Shown piece after piece: positions 1-10,280 of a DNA stretch of 38,139 nt; position 1 is the first letter of the stretch; each line of letters begins with the position of its first letter. The stretch lies in contig NC_068987.1 in assembly GCF_001194135.2 (NCBI RefSeq), forward strand, positions 39,558,780 through 39,596,918, given 5' to 3'. A model generated the notes under the pieces. It had not been told where the DNA came from and made no database searches. It saw only the letters and a list, made by a program, of their open reading frames with translations. Position numbers and translations under genes: made by a program. This stretch comes from Octopus bimaculoides (lineage: Eukaryota).

Positions 1-53
<53 letters not shown>

Positions 54-54
54 T
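1..54. repeat. (TA)n(CA)n compound microsatellite
   Basis: Direct reading of the sequence. Confidence 0.98.
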
Positions 55-56
55 AC

Positions 57-480
57 ATGGGAGAGTCAAAAATTATATTCAATTGGTTAATGGTTTCAAT
101 GAGCTGGGCAGCTGTGTATGGGCATGCATTGTCAGGCAACAACAAAACTTTCTTTGACAATAGGCTTCAGCATTTGGTGCAAATTGCTGGCTTCAGTTTG
201 TTGGCTAGTAAAGCACTGTATCTTGCACTGTTGATCGTACGCTCCTCTTCCTAGTCTTCCAGTATAGGCCCTTTTGAATCCCCAAAATGGGTTATCATCA
301 CCTTCCCCATAGAAGACTGAGTATTGACTTTCTTCATCCTGGTGAGCCAAGATGTTTCCACTCCATACTCTTACACTCATACATGTTTCATCTTCTGTGA
401 CTATTTTGCTCAAAAATTCCTCACCCTGATTGTTGATAATAAAGATATGATATGCTGAAAGTGCAGATAATTTTTGACTT
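57..480 (-). mobile_element. Degenerate mariner transposase fragment (catalytic domain)
   Basis: Minus strand reads EEFLSKIVTEDET (IVTGDETW motif). After a frameshift it reads KGPILED*EEERTINSARYSALLANKLKPAI...LLSKKVLLLPDNACPYTAA (HDNARPHTA motif). No TIR seen. Confidence 0.85.
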
Positions 481-506
481 CCCCCTCATGTATGTGTATA
501 TATATA

Positions 507-1689
507 CGGGATGCCGAGAATAAAATGTCATCTAAATTACACAAAAATGAAAATAACACTGACATCTCATTTTAACAGATATATTTACCAAAATTACATA
601 AAAATATCTTGAAATACTAAAGAGTAAATTTATTCAATAAAATCACCATAGGCTTCAACCATGGCCTCCAGATGACTTCAGAATCTCCTGCAACTCTTCT
701 GGATGGTCTCCTTGTTTAAGTTGGTGAATGCTGCCATATTCCTTGCCTTCAGTTCATCTTTGGTGTTACAAGGAGTTTTGTTGGTCTCTCACTCAACTGC
801 GAGAGGGTGCAATAGGTTAATTGTCACCATTTTATAGTTTTAATTTCGTGCATGCACATTATATGTTTTTGAATTAGTTGACTACACAGTATTGTGGGGT
901 CAGTTGGGCACCATCTGTGAGAAAAACAGCACTATGACGCAATTCACTCTGCCAGAAATATGGAAACAACATGCTGTACTGCTTGGCATTCAGACTGGAA
1001 GCTCCAATACAAACATTTCAGAGTGCTTGGGGGTCCATCTGAGGACAATGCAATCTGAGTACATGTACCGAGAGTGATAAAAATCAAACATCCAGTTGAC
1101 ATCATAGTGTTTGGAGTGATCACTAGTGATGGTGATGTTATACCTCCATTTATCTTTCCACACGGCCTCAGATTCAACTCAAAGGCCAGCATCAAGTGCC
1201 TGGAGGAGGTAGTGTTGCCCTGGTTCAAGATAGTGGCTGCTAGAAGATCCTATGTCTGGCAACAAGACTCTGCACCATGCCACACAACCAGATGAACCCA
1301 GTCATGGCTGTCAGATAATTTCTGTAACCACCTCAGCCCTAACATCTGGCCACTTAACTCCCCGGAATGTAACCCCCTTGACTATTATCTGTGGGGTGCA
1401 GTTGAGTGAGAGACTGACAAAACTCCTTGTAACACCAAAGATGAACTGAAAGCAAGGAATACGGCAGCATTCACTAACTTAAACAAGGAGGCTGTCCAGA
1501 AAAGTTGCAGATTCCAAAGTTGTCTGGAGGCCATGGTTGAAGCCAATGGCAATTTTATTGAATAAATTTGTTCTTTAGTTTTTTCAAGATATTTTTGTGT
1601 AATTTTGATAAATATATCTGTTAAAATGAGATGTCAGTGTTATTTTCATTTTTGTGTAATTTAGACGACAATTTATTCACTGCACCCTG
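507..1689 (+). mobile_element. Tc1/mariner DD37D (maT-type) element, internally deleted, with ~294-bp inverted arms and TA flanks
   Basis: Transposase remnant VFGVITSDGDVIPPFIFPHGL...WQQDSAPCH...WPLNSPECNPLDYYLWG has 37 residues between the second and third Asp. Bases 507-800 are the reverse complement of 1398-1689. TA at 505-506 and 1690-1691. Confidence 0.9.
934..1565 (+). pseudogene. DD37D transposase pseudogene
   Basis: ATG at 934 (MTQFTLPEIWKQHAVLLGI), large deletion near 1070, in-frame TGA codons near 1293 and 1407, natural stop after GNFIE at about 1565. Confidence 0.85.
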
Positions 1690-2029
1690 TATATATAATA
1701 ATGGTGGTGGAAATCAACTCATGACCAATCCAAGAAGTTCCTATGTATGACTCTGTTTTAAGAGGGTAAAATATTGCACAGTACTGAATCTACTTTTCAA
1801 CACAATCAACTCTAAAATCAAGGGCACAACAAGAGTTCCAGGGTTTTGAGGTGTGTGGAATCACCTGTTAGTAACTATTGTTCCCAGGTCTACTCTGATT
1901 CAGACTAGTAGCATCTGTTAGAGTCCCAGCAATGGTTTAATTAGCAAGTGGACTACTGGGAGTGAAGGACCCCTAGACCCCTAGTTCTCATGAGAACTTC
2001 CTTCTAGAAAAAGGTAAACTTGTACAGAA

Positions 2030-2950
2030 ACCTGTACATTCAGCCTCAGACTGGAAGATGCAAGTGATCCTGAGGAGCAGGCTTATCTTCTTAGAAGAAA
2101 TAGTGGTAACATCACTTCAACTAAACATGTTCCTGTTCTCTAAGAATGCAAAAATCCCTGAACAACCTTAAAATATAGGATCATGAAAAAGACCCATCCT
2201 ATAAGCAGTGTGGAACAACTTTTTGCACCTGAACCATGTTTTGACCGGATGCCCTAGGGCACTGGGAGAAGGCCAATACAGGTGGAGATATGATAAGGTT
2301 CTTGCAGAAATTGCCAAGTGGAATGATCTGCAAAGGGTGAAGGCTAATAAAAACCAGCCACCTCCACCAGAGGGTACCAAATTCCTAAAGGGAGATGAAA
2401 AAGCTCCCAAGGCAAAAGCAATGTAAGGGGACCTGTTTTCTCTTTTGTGTTCAGCCTGAGACTGGAGATACAAGTGGACCTGAGGGGCAGACTTGTTTTC
2501 CCTGAGGAAATGGTGGTAATATCACTCCAATTAGACATGTTCCTGCTCTCCAGGAATACAAAGACAAGTATCATGATTGAACTCACAGTGCCCTGGGAGG
2601 ACAGACTTGGGTAAAAAAATTGAAATATCAGGTTTTAGTCAATGAGGTCCTTGTCAAAGACTGACATGTGACCTCATTTCCCATTGAAATTGGCTGCCAC
2701 AGCTTTCCATCTGGGTCAATGTACTGTTTCCTGCCAAAGACAAGTCTGGAACCCAGACAACTGAAGCCATCAGGGAAAAAGGCATGGCAGCTGAAACTAG
2801 CTTAAGATGGTTATAGTTGATAAGAGACTGCAAGTGGGACCTTTCTGTAGTTGAAGAGACTAACTCAGTCCTCACTGTTTCACTCAAGTGAAGCATACAG
2901 GCTGAGGGGCAAAATCCTTGTGACCCTGACGTACCTACTGACAATATGGA
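2030..2950 (+). mobile_element. HERO/NeSL-type non-LTR retrotransposon 3' end (CCHC + restriction-like endonuclease), degenerate
   Basis: Across frameshifts: C..CG...LNHVLTGCPRALGEGQYRWRYDKVLAEIA; DW..VDLRGRLVFPEEMVV.SL.LDM.L.SRNTKTSIMIELTVPWEDRL; FPIEIGC..F; AAETSLRWL. This is the motif order of HERO-like RLE elements. Confidence 0.8.
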
Positions 2951-3027
2951 AATGTTTCCAGTATTGCAGTGGATTTAGAAGATCTTGCAAAACCTCTGCC
3001 ATGGGGCAAGGCATCTCTGACACTTAT

Positions 3028-3063
3028 TTCTCTCTCTCTCTCTCTCTCACGCACACACACACA
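3028..3063. repeat. (CT)n(CA)n microsatellite
   Basis: Direct reading. Confidence 0.95.
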
Positions 3064-3073
3064 TAGAGGCAAA

Positions 3074-3275
3074 TCATCATCATCGTTTAACGTCCGCTTT
3101 CCATGCTAGCATGGGTTGGACGATTTGACTGAGGACTGGTGCAACCGGATGGCTACACCAGGCTCCAATCTAATTTGGCAGAGTTTCTACAGCTGGATGC
3201 CCTTCCTAACGCCAACCACTCAGAGAGTGTAGTGGGTGCTTTTACGTGTCACCCGCACAACGTGTCACCCGCACG
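3074..3275 (-). mobile_element. RTE-type 3' tail (LINE 3' UTR or RTE-tailed SINE)
   Basis: Reverse complement ends ...CATGCTAGCATGGAAAGCGGACGTTAAACGATGATGATG, homologous to the tail at about 8380-8444. Confidence 0.8.
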
Positions 3276-3371
3276 ATGAAAAATTAAAAATAACAAAACA
3301 GCAAGAGTCTAAAGGACATACACAGTAAATGTTTTAAGTTGATGCTCAGTACAAGATGGAAAAAAGAGTAG

Positions 3372-3692
3372 NNNNNNNNNNNNNNNNNNNNNNNNNNNNN
3401 NNNNNNNNNNNNNNNNNNNNNNNNNNNNNNNNNNNNNNNNNNNNNNNNNNNNNNNNNNNNNNNNNNNNNNNNNNNNNNNNNNNNNNNNNNNNNNNNNNNN
3501 NNNNNNNNNNNNNNNNNNNNNNNNNNNNNNNNNNNNNNNNNNNNNNNNNNNNNNNNNNNNNNNNNNNNNNNNNNNNNNNNNNNNNNNNNNNNNNNNNNNN
3601 NNNNNNNNNNNNNNNNNNNNNNNNNNNNNNNNNNNNNNNNNNNNNNNNNNNNNNNNNNNNNNNNNNNNNNNNNNNNNNNNNNNNNNNNNNNN
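3372..3692. other. Assembly gap (N-run); other gaps at 4446-4760, 8747-8756, 20753-21130, 27670-28111, 31053-31062 and 32461-32656
   Basis: Runs of N, mostly next to microsatellites or repeats. Confidence 0.99.
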
Positions 3693-3729
<37 letters not shown>

Positions 3730-4210
3730 TAAGTACCTTGAGAATAAAATTAAACCTAAGAAGCATCAGTTGTGGTGTGCAAGAGAGACGATTGCGCTGG
3801 TATGATCATGTGGTGAAAATGGATGAGGATAACTGTGTGAAAAAGTGCCTCACCGAGGCAATGACTTGTGACCAAGACCTTTGGAAATATGCTGTGTGTG
3901 AGAAGACCCGACAAGCCAAGTGCGACCATAATCCGAAGTCTCTGCCAAGGGTGTAGCCAGCTCACTTATGTGTACCTTTCCTTCCTTGGACACTAAACTC
4001 CACTTGCGAAGACCTGTTGAGGCAAATGAAATCAAAATCGAACCAAATCCGACGACTGGCACCCGTGCCAACCTCTCCTTCATTGGACACTGAACTCAGC
4101 TTGCAAAGACCTGTTGGGGCAAGTGAAAATGAAATTGTGATGGCACCTGTACCAGTGGAGTGCTAAGAGCACCGACCAATTGTGATCATTGCCAGGGCAG
4201 CTGTCTGGCT
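3730..4210 (+). mobile_element. 5'-truncated RTE LINE (ORF C-terminus + 3' UTR)
   Basis: LRIKLNLRSISCGVQERRLRWYDHVVKMDEDNCVKKC (RLRWFGHV motif). The 3' UTR has an internal ~100-bp duplication (TTGGACACT...AAGACCTGTTG twice). Confidence 0.85.
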
Positions 4211-4254
4211 TCCATGTATATATATACATACATACATATATATATATATATGGT

Positions 4255-5136
4255 TGTAGTATATTGTCAACTTAATGTGACAATCCCAATAAGGTAACAC
4301 ACTACTGCCGTTTAGACCTAGGAAGCTGGACCGCTTCCTGTCGGCCTTGACACAATTACTGTGTCCTTAAGTTTGCGAGGGGGAGACAAGCTCCTCCACC
4401 CAGCCTAGCCAGCATTCAGGGAAATGTTTCTGAGTCTTTGCTCGCNNNNNNNNNNNNNNNNNNNNNNNNNNNNNNNNNNNNNNNNNNNNNNNNNNNNNNN
4501 NNNNNNNNNNNNNNNNNNNNNNNNNNNNNNNNNNNNNNNNNNNNNNNNNNNNNNNNNNNNNNNNNNNNNNNNNNNNNNNNNNNNNNNNNNNNNNNNNNNN
4601 NNNNNNNNNNNNNNNNNNNNNNNNNNNNNNNNNNNNNNNNNNNNNNNNNNNNNNNNNNNNNNNNNNNNNNNNNNNNNNNNNNNNNNNNNNNNNNNNNNNN
4701 NNNNNNNNNNNNNNNNNNNNNNNNNNNNNNNNNNNNNNNNNNNNNNNNNNNNNNNNNNNNAAATCATAGTGAAGTTTATTCACTGATCAGCAAAATTAGA
4801 AATATAATATTTCTAAATCTCTCAGAGAGATTTAAGCAGTAGTGGAGCGATAAAGTTGTAGTATATTGTCAACTTAATGTGACAATCCCAATAAGGGAAC
4901 TCACTACTGCCGTTTAGCCCTAGGAAGCTGGACCACTTCCTGTCGGCCTTGACACAATTACTGTGTCCTTAAGTTTGCGAGGGGGAGACAAGCTCCTCCA
5001 CCCAGCCTAGCCAGCATTCAGGGAAATGTTTCTGAGTCTTTGCTCGCCTTCAGCCTGAAGTAGCTTGCCAGCTGGATAGAGAAGCCTGTTTCGCCTTCGC
5101 AAACTTATATAAATCATAGTAAAGTTTATGACCACA
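4255..5136. repeat. Two ~280-bp direct repeats (TGT...ACA, LTR-like) with a ~75-bp hairpin spacer
   Basis: Copy 1 spans 4255-4779 (interrupted by a gap) and copy 2 spans 4857-5136. About four substitutions in the first ~190 aligned bases. Copy 2 starts TGTAGT and ends ACCACA. Confidence 0.8.
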
Positions 5137-5149
5137 CTAACCACACTAA

Positions 5150-8100
5150 CCACATTGAGTACATTCTCTCCAGAAAGTGTGATACATGGTTGCTCATAAA
5201 TGCAAAGACCTTCCCTGGTGAAGAATATACACCTCCAGTACAGATTAGTCATTAGCGACTTTAAACTTTGGGCTAGAAGGATTCCAAGAAGTAGACCTGT
5301 CTGGAGAAAATGGAATTGGAATCTTAAGGATCCTTTTAATGGCCAGAGATTTAGGGATGGAAACTTTAACAAGAAGGAGGAGGAACTACAGACTAGTAAC
5401 ATAGAGTGCCTACAGAACATCTTGGTGAGTATCACAGACCAAATCTGTGGCTGGTACAAAGTCCCAATCAAACCTAAGGTGATATGGTGGTGGAATGATG
5501 TTGTAGACAAGGCCATTAGAGCAAAGAAAGAGGCCTAGGAGGACAAGAAAAATGGTGGCAGCAGAGAACTATATCAAGTAGCTAGGAGGGAGGCTAGAAG
5601 ACAGGTTTACTTTGCCTGGGGAAAAGCAGAAAGGAATAAGTTTGTCAATGCTTTGCGGTGTGAGGATCAGAGGTTTGAAGTACTCCAGATTGCAAGATCA
5701 GAGAAAATCGTGATGTTGTAGGAGAGAAGTGTGTTCATGTGAATGATTCTGCAAAGTTAGTTCGCAGTTAGTGATTCTTCAAAGAAGGAGGCTTGGAAGT
5801 GCCACTATGAAAAGCTGCTAAATGTAGAGAATGCATGGGAGAAGGAGAGCCTGCCTAATATGAACCTAACTGAGGAGCCAGTTATCAGAATCAACAGTAG
5901 CTATGAAAGGAAGACAGCCCATCAGGAATCACTGCTGAGATGCTTAAAATATCTTATGGAATGGGATATGACCTAGTCACCTGTATAGTTAATCAGGTTG
6001 TCCATTAGGGAGTCATACCCAACGATTGGTGTAGTAGCATTATAGACAACTGTTACAAAGGCAAAGGTGATGCCTTAGACAGAAATAATTACAGAGGCAT
6101 CAAATTGCTGGACCATGGAATAAAATTTTCAGAAAGGGTCGTAGCTTAATTAATTAGGAAGACAGTTAGCCTAGATGACATGCATTTGGGATTTGTGCCA
6201 GGTAAAAGCACGACTCATGTTATATTCTTGGTAAGGCAACTGTAGAAGTATTTATCCAAAAAGAAACCTTTGTACTGGGCTTTTGTTGACATGGTAAAAG
6301 CCTTTGGATAGGGTCCCCTGCTTCTTTATCTGGTAGTCAGTGTAGAAACTAAGGATAGATGAGTGGTTAGTGAGAGCTGTACAAACCATGTACAGGGACG
6401 CTGTCAGTAAGGTGAAAGTCACCAATGAGTATAGTAAGGAATTTAGTGTACAAATAGGAGTCCACAATGGATTGGTTCTCAGGTCCCTCATGTTTATCAT
6501 GGTCCTTCAAGCTATAACAGAGGAATTTAAGACTGGCTGTCCTTGGGAGCGCCTCTACACTGGTAACCTTGTTCCTATTGCTGAATTACTACAAGAACTA
6601 GGGAAGAAAATTCAGGTATGGAAACAAGGCCTGGAATTAATGGGCCCCAGAGTTAATTTAGCAAAGACCAAAGTCCTAATAAGTAGGAAAACAGACAAGC
6701 CACAGTTCTTTTCAGGGAGATGACCCTGCTCAATTTGGATTTGTGCCAGACAGAAGCACTACCAATGCTATATTCCTGGTGAGGCAACTGTGAGAGAAGT
6801 ACTTGGCCAAAAATAAACTCTGTATTTAGCATTTGTTGACATGGAGAAAGCCATTGATAGGGTCCCCCACTCCCTTATCTAGTATTCAATGTGGAAGCTA
6901 GAAGTAAATGAGTGGTTAGTGAGAGCTGTACAAGCCATGTGCAAAATCAACTGACAAGCAGTCTTGTTTCCAGCTTGATAAATGGTGGAATAAATTATTA
7001 TTTCTACCAGAAAACCCTGGGTAACTATCTGCAAAATTTGTGGTTTTTAATTTAAGATTACATATGTGCAAACAGCTATACTCCAGGGTAGTGAGACATG
7101 GGTTCTGAATGCAGAAGACATGCATGGATTGGAGAAAAGTGAAGGTAGTGTGCTTCGTTGGGTGTGCAACGTCAGTGTGCATGTACAACAAAGTGCAAAT
7201 ATATTGAGAAAAAAGTAGGGCATAAAAGGAATCAAATGTAGCATGCAAGAGAGAGGACTATGTTGGTTTGGACATGCAATGCATATGAATGAGGACAACT
7301 GCATAAAGAAGTGCTGATCAGTGAAAGTGGATGGTACCCAGAGAAGAGGGAGACCAGGAAAGCATGGGATGAAGTGGTGAGGACTGGTTTCAGCATGTTG
7401 GGCCTCATGGAGGAAATGACAAGGGACCAAGGTGTCTGGCGATATGAGGTTCTTGAGAAGACCCACCCACATCAGCAAAACTGAGTCCTAGAAGCACTGT
7501 GTGTGGAACACACATAACAAGAAAACTTTTCACACACCCTATCCCAACAAACCAAACTACATCTATACATCTCTTCTCTTCCTCACATTTCCACTTTATG
7601 TACTATGCTTACCTATCACTCCCCAATCTTGTCTTCACAGCCCTGTTTCTCTGTATCATTACTATCTGGTAGCCCCCCCCTCTATATACCCAGGTTTTCA
7701 CCATTCACTGCATTCCTCTTCCCCACTTTCTACTCACGCTTTTTTGGAAATGTCCTGTCACTTATATTATGACCTTTAAACTTCAAGGGTATGCCATCTA
7801 TCTCTCTCTTCTTTCACTTGACCATCCCATTTATATCCTGATCCCCATCCCTTGTGAGTATGCCCAGCACTTTTCCACCATCTCTAACCTGCTGTCTCCC
7901 ACTTTCTCTCCCCTTCTCTTGCTTTTCCTACAGGTTGGGTAACCATGTATCTCCTTTGTGGCAGCATACCTCTTTCTGTCCTAATTCCTGATCTCTCTTC
8001 CTCTCTTGCCTTCTTGCCGGGTAACTTTGTACCTCATTTACAGCAAGACACCTGTTTCTGTCTCTCTGCCTCACTATAACCTTTCATCATCTGACACAAG

Positions 8101-8414
8101 ATCCCCTCCTTGTTTTGCAAGTTACTTGGAGACCTTTTCAGTGCAGGTGCCATTTAAAAAGCATCCAATTCACACTGTAAAGTGTTTGGCATTTGGAAGG
8201 GTATCCAGCTGTAAAAACTTTGCCTAAACTGACCTCTCCTGTGCTTGTGCCAAGTGAAAAGCACTTAGTCCACTCTGCTGGGTAGTTGTTGTTGAGAAGG
8301 GCTTCCAGCTGTAAAAATCGTCCTAAAACAGTCACAGAAGTCTGGTGCAGTCTTCTGCATGGCCAGCTTCTGTCAAACTGTCCCACCCATGCCAGCATGG
8401 AAGGCAGACGTTAA

Positions 8415-8444
<30 letters not shown>
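5150..8444 (+). mobile_element. RTE-clade LINE, 5'-truncated, degenerate, with long 3' UTR and (GAT)n tail
   Basis: End of the APE domain (KTFPGEE...RLVISDF), KPKVIWWWNDVVDKAIRAKK, NYRGIKLLDH, FGFVPGKST...FVDM.KAF, ITEEFKTGCPWE.LY (YADD decayed to YTGN), LCWFGHAM. Pyrimidine-rich UTR ends GGCAGACGTTAAAT(GAT)n. Confidence 0.9.
6735..6950 (+). mobile_element. Second, divergent RTE RT fragment embedded in the RTE copy
   Basis: QFGFVPDRSTTNAIFLVRQL...AFVDMEKAIDRVP repeats the region at about 6185-6390 with many differences. Confidence 0.8.
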
Positions 8445-8445
<1 letters not shown>

Positions 8446-8703
8446 GATATAGATATAGATATATAAAGGTAAGATCCAAGGATCAAGGTGTAGAAGGTAA
8501 GTGAGCTTCAAACAATCCAAAGAAAATATAAAAAACAACTCTCAGGAACAATAGCAGTTTATTGGTATGGAAGGTTGTGAATTTTTCACGATAAGCTGAA
8601 AAATATTCATTTATAGTTTATGGTTGGGAACCAGGGTTGCTGGAATAAAATCCCTCAAATTAAGGAATGGTGTGTGCGCCCGCACGTGCACGCATCCGTG
8701 TGT

Positions 8704-8737
<34 letters not shown>

Positions 8738-8756
8738 ACTGAGATGNNNNNNNNNN

Positions 8757-8789
<33 letters not shown>

Positions 8790-8796
8790 ACTGAGA

Positions 8797-9230
8797 TGTT
8801 TGGCAATATGAAGTTCTAGAGAAGGTCTGCCTATGTCAGTGAGCCTGAATTCTAGAAGTGTTGTGTTCCACCCACATGTAACAATAAAATTTTCACATAC
8901 CCCACCCCAACAAACCAAGCTACACTCCCCCTTTCCCAAACTGTTTTTCTTCTCTTCCTCACATTTTCTCTTCATCTACTATGATTATCTCCCATGCTCC
9001 AATCCAGTCCTCACTGCACTGCACACTATATCCTTACTTTCTATCTTGCTCTATATACCCAGATTCTCACCAGTCACAGCATTCCCCACCCCAACTCCTT
9101 ACTTGCAACTTCTTGGCAATACCCTGTCAATTCCTGCCATCATTCATCTCTCGCTTCCTTACTCTACCATCCCATCTGTTCCCTGACCCCCACCGTTCAT
9201 GCATTGGCCCTGGTATAGAGGACAAGAGTC
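8797..9230 (+). mobile_element. RTE 3' end/3' UTR fragment
   Basis: GGCAATATGAAGTTCTAGAGAAG matches GGCGATATGAGGTTCTTGAGAAG at about 7439, followed by a similar pyrimidine-rich UTR. Confidence 0.55.
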
Positions 9231-9785
9231 AATGTGTGGTATGTTTTTTTCCTAAGTTAGTGTATGTATTCTGCCAGAGAAGTTGATTTACTATGTTTTT
9301 CGTGTCTAAATGAGTTTAAATGTGCTGTGTATCTTTGTTTAAAATTAACAGAAGCTCCAATATAAATTTTAGTGGAGTTTTGGAGCTTATTTAGGACTGG
9401 ACACTTATAATACTATGTTAAACCTTTTGCAGTGAGCTTGTAATGAGCATTTGTCCCATATTTTGAAGTTACACCAGAAGATATGTGATTCATTAATCCT
9501 TCTACTAAGTGTATTACAATTAGTATAATTAGAAAATATATGATGGGCTAAATTAGATCAATCTGATTCACTTGCCAAGTATGTGCTATTTTCAATACCA
9601 TCTATGCCTTTATCATAAGTATTGATGATAGTAGATGTAGGTGTTCTTAACCCTTGCGAGGAGGTAAATGTGGGATCATTGACATGGCTGATGGTATTAT
9701 CCCTATTATTGCGACTAGTACAATTGTTGTTGTTACTATTATTATTGTACTTATTATTATTGTTGTTGTTGTTGTTGTTGTTATT

Positions 9786-10070
9786 TGTTATTGCAAATAT
9801 CATGACACCCCCTGTGAGAATGGACTAGCTGAACTTGTATAAGTAGCAGCATATCTGACAGAGAGCGAGAGATGAGAAATTGCAGGAAGTCAAAAGATAC
9901 TGTTTGTGAGTTTGTGGAGTCGCAAGAAATCGTTGTAAAGTTCTTATAGTTCATTGAAAGTTGTTTTGGATTGGTTACAGTTGTTGGCAGAGTATTTAGG
10001 AATACATCAAGTGGAGACAGTTGGTGTCTATCCCATTATTAGTGCACAATACTAAGGTGACATATACAGA
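9786..10070 (+). mobile_element. Solo LTR related to the Gypsy LTRs at 33428 and 34682
   Basis: Starts TGTTA. Shares TCATGACACCCCCTG(T/C)GAGAA...GACT...CTGAAC and an AG-rich stretch with the 33428 LTR. The 3' end is uncertain. Confidence 0.6.
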
Positions 10071-10079
10071 AATCACATT

Positions 10080-10280
10080 ATAAAATTATTACTAGTACCA
10101 CTACTATTACCACTACTACCACTATTACCAGTACCATTCTCACTATTAGTATTTTAATGAATATTATTATCATTTCCATTATTATTACCATCAATAATAT
10201 TATTATTACCATTAATATTATTATAATTACTATTACTAGTATTATTATTATTATTGTTGTTGTTGTTATTATTATTATTT
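10080..10280. repeat. Degenerate (ACT)n/(ATT)n/(GTT)n trinucleotide tract
   Basis: Direct reading. Confidence 0.9.

Noticed and set aside
3284-4842. Long ORFs in the track that cross N-runs (also 20677-21258 and 27602-28403)
   Set aside because: Their length comes from untranslatable gaps and (TA)n repeats, so they give no coding evidence.
4255-5136. CRISPR array or other prokaryotic system
   Set aside because: No short regularly spaced repeats with unique spacers anywhere, no operon-like ORFs, and the context is clearly eukaryotic.
8700-8797. Duplicated (TA)n-GGACTGAGATG on both sides of a 10-N gap
   Set aside because: Identical sequence at both contig ends is most simply an unmerged overlap artefact.
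9558-9842. Poly-N/L/V ORFs (also 33156-33529 and the poly-I start at 32133)
   Set aside because: Trinucleotide microsatellite translations with no recognisable domain.
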